DNA of 64,000 nucleotides from a virus: positions 39,144-103,143 of the IMG/VR virus record IMGVR_UViG_3300009151_000041. One strand, given 5' to 3'. This document shows positions 64,000 to 64,000 of the stretch, in pieces; position 1 is the first letter of the stretch; each line of letters opens with the position of its first letter. The notes beneath the pieces were generated by a model. The model did not search any database. It was not told the origin of the DNA and saw only the letters and a list, made by a program, of their open reading frames with translations. Both the position numbers and the translations under genes were made by a program.

Positions 64000-64000
64000 A

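Noticed and set aside
1-64000. Stop-codon reassignment
   Set aside because: Core genes (nrdA, nrdB, clpX, ligase) are full length in the standard code, and TAA, TAG and TGA all end genes.

Overview
This window looks like part of a large (jumbo-type) tailed-phage genome read in the standard genetic code. It is densely coding and mostly on the minus strand. The Bug/TctC, ClpX/ClpP, class Ia NrdAB and sigma70-type signals suggest a proteobacterial, probably betaproteobacterial, host (inference). Core genes: nrdA/nrdB, glutaredoxin, ATP-dependent DNA ligase, UvsE, PAAR and tail/baseplate-like proteins. Host-takeover genes: two ClpP, ClpX, ClpS, Hsp20 with a ROSE-like thermometer, ribosomal protein bS21, an unlisted 50-aa ArfA-like ORF, NadE, YccA/BI-1, and SleB-like and S11 cell-wall enzymes. 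The best candidates for undescribed systems are: (1) a plcP-agt-like phospholipid-to-glycolipid remodelling pair flanked by two Pho-box-like repeats, with a small structured RNA next to it and a UDP-glucose dehydrogenase nearby; (2) a translationally coupled ParB/DGQHR-like + HNH-like + GIY-YIG-like operon resembling a split GmrSD-type nuclease system; (3) an amidinotransferase/oxygenase/sugar-dehydrogenase/glycosyltransferase-like cluster; (4) about 22 TTGAC-17-TATAAT-type early promoters, some in near-identical cassettes carrying two fixed-spacer palindromes, seven of them driving apparently leaderless genes; (5) a promoter-driven structured RNA of about 180 nt; (6) an expanded family of small paralogs ending in F-x-F-x-D-x-x-D-x-x-x-F-x-L-K-W. 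All functional calls come from motifs read by eye; no database searches were run. Several start codons were adjusted from the ORF track using SD or promoter position.
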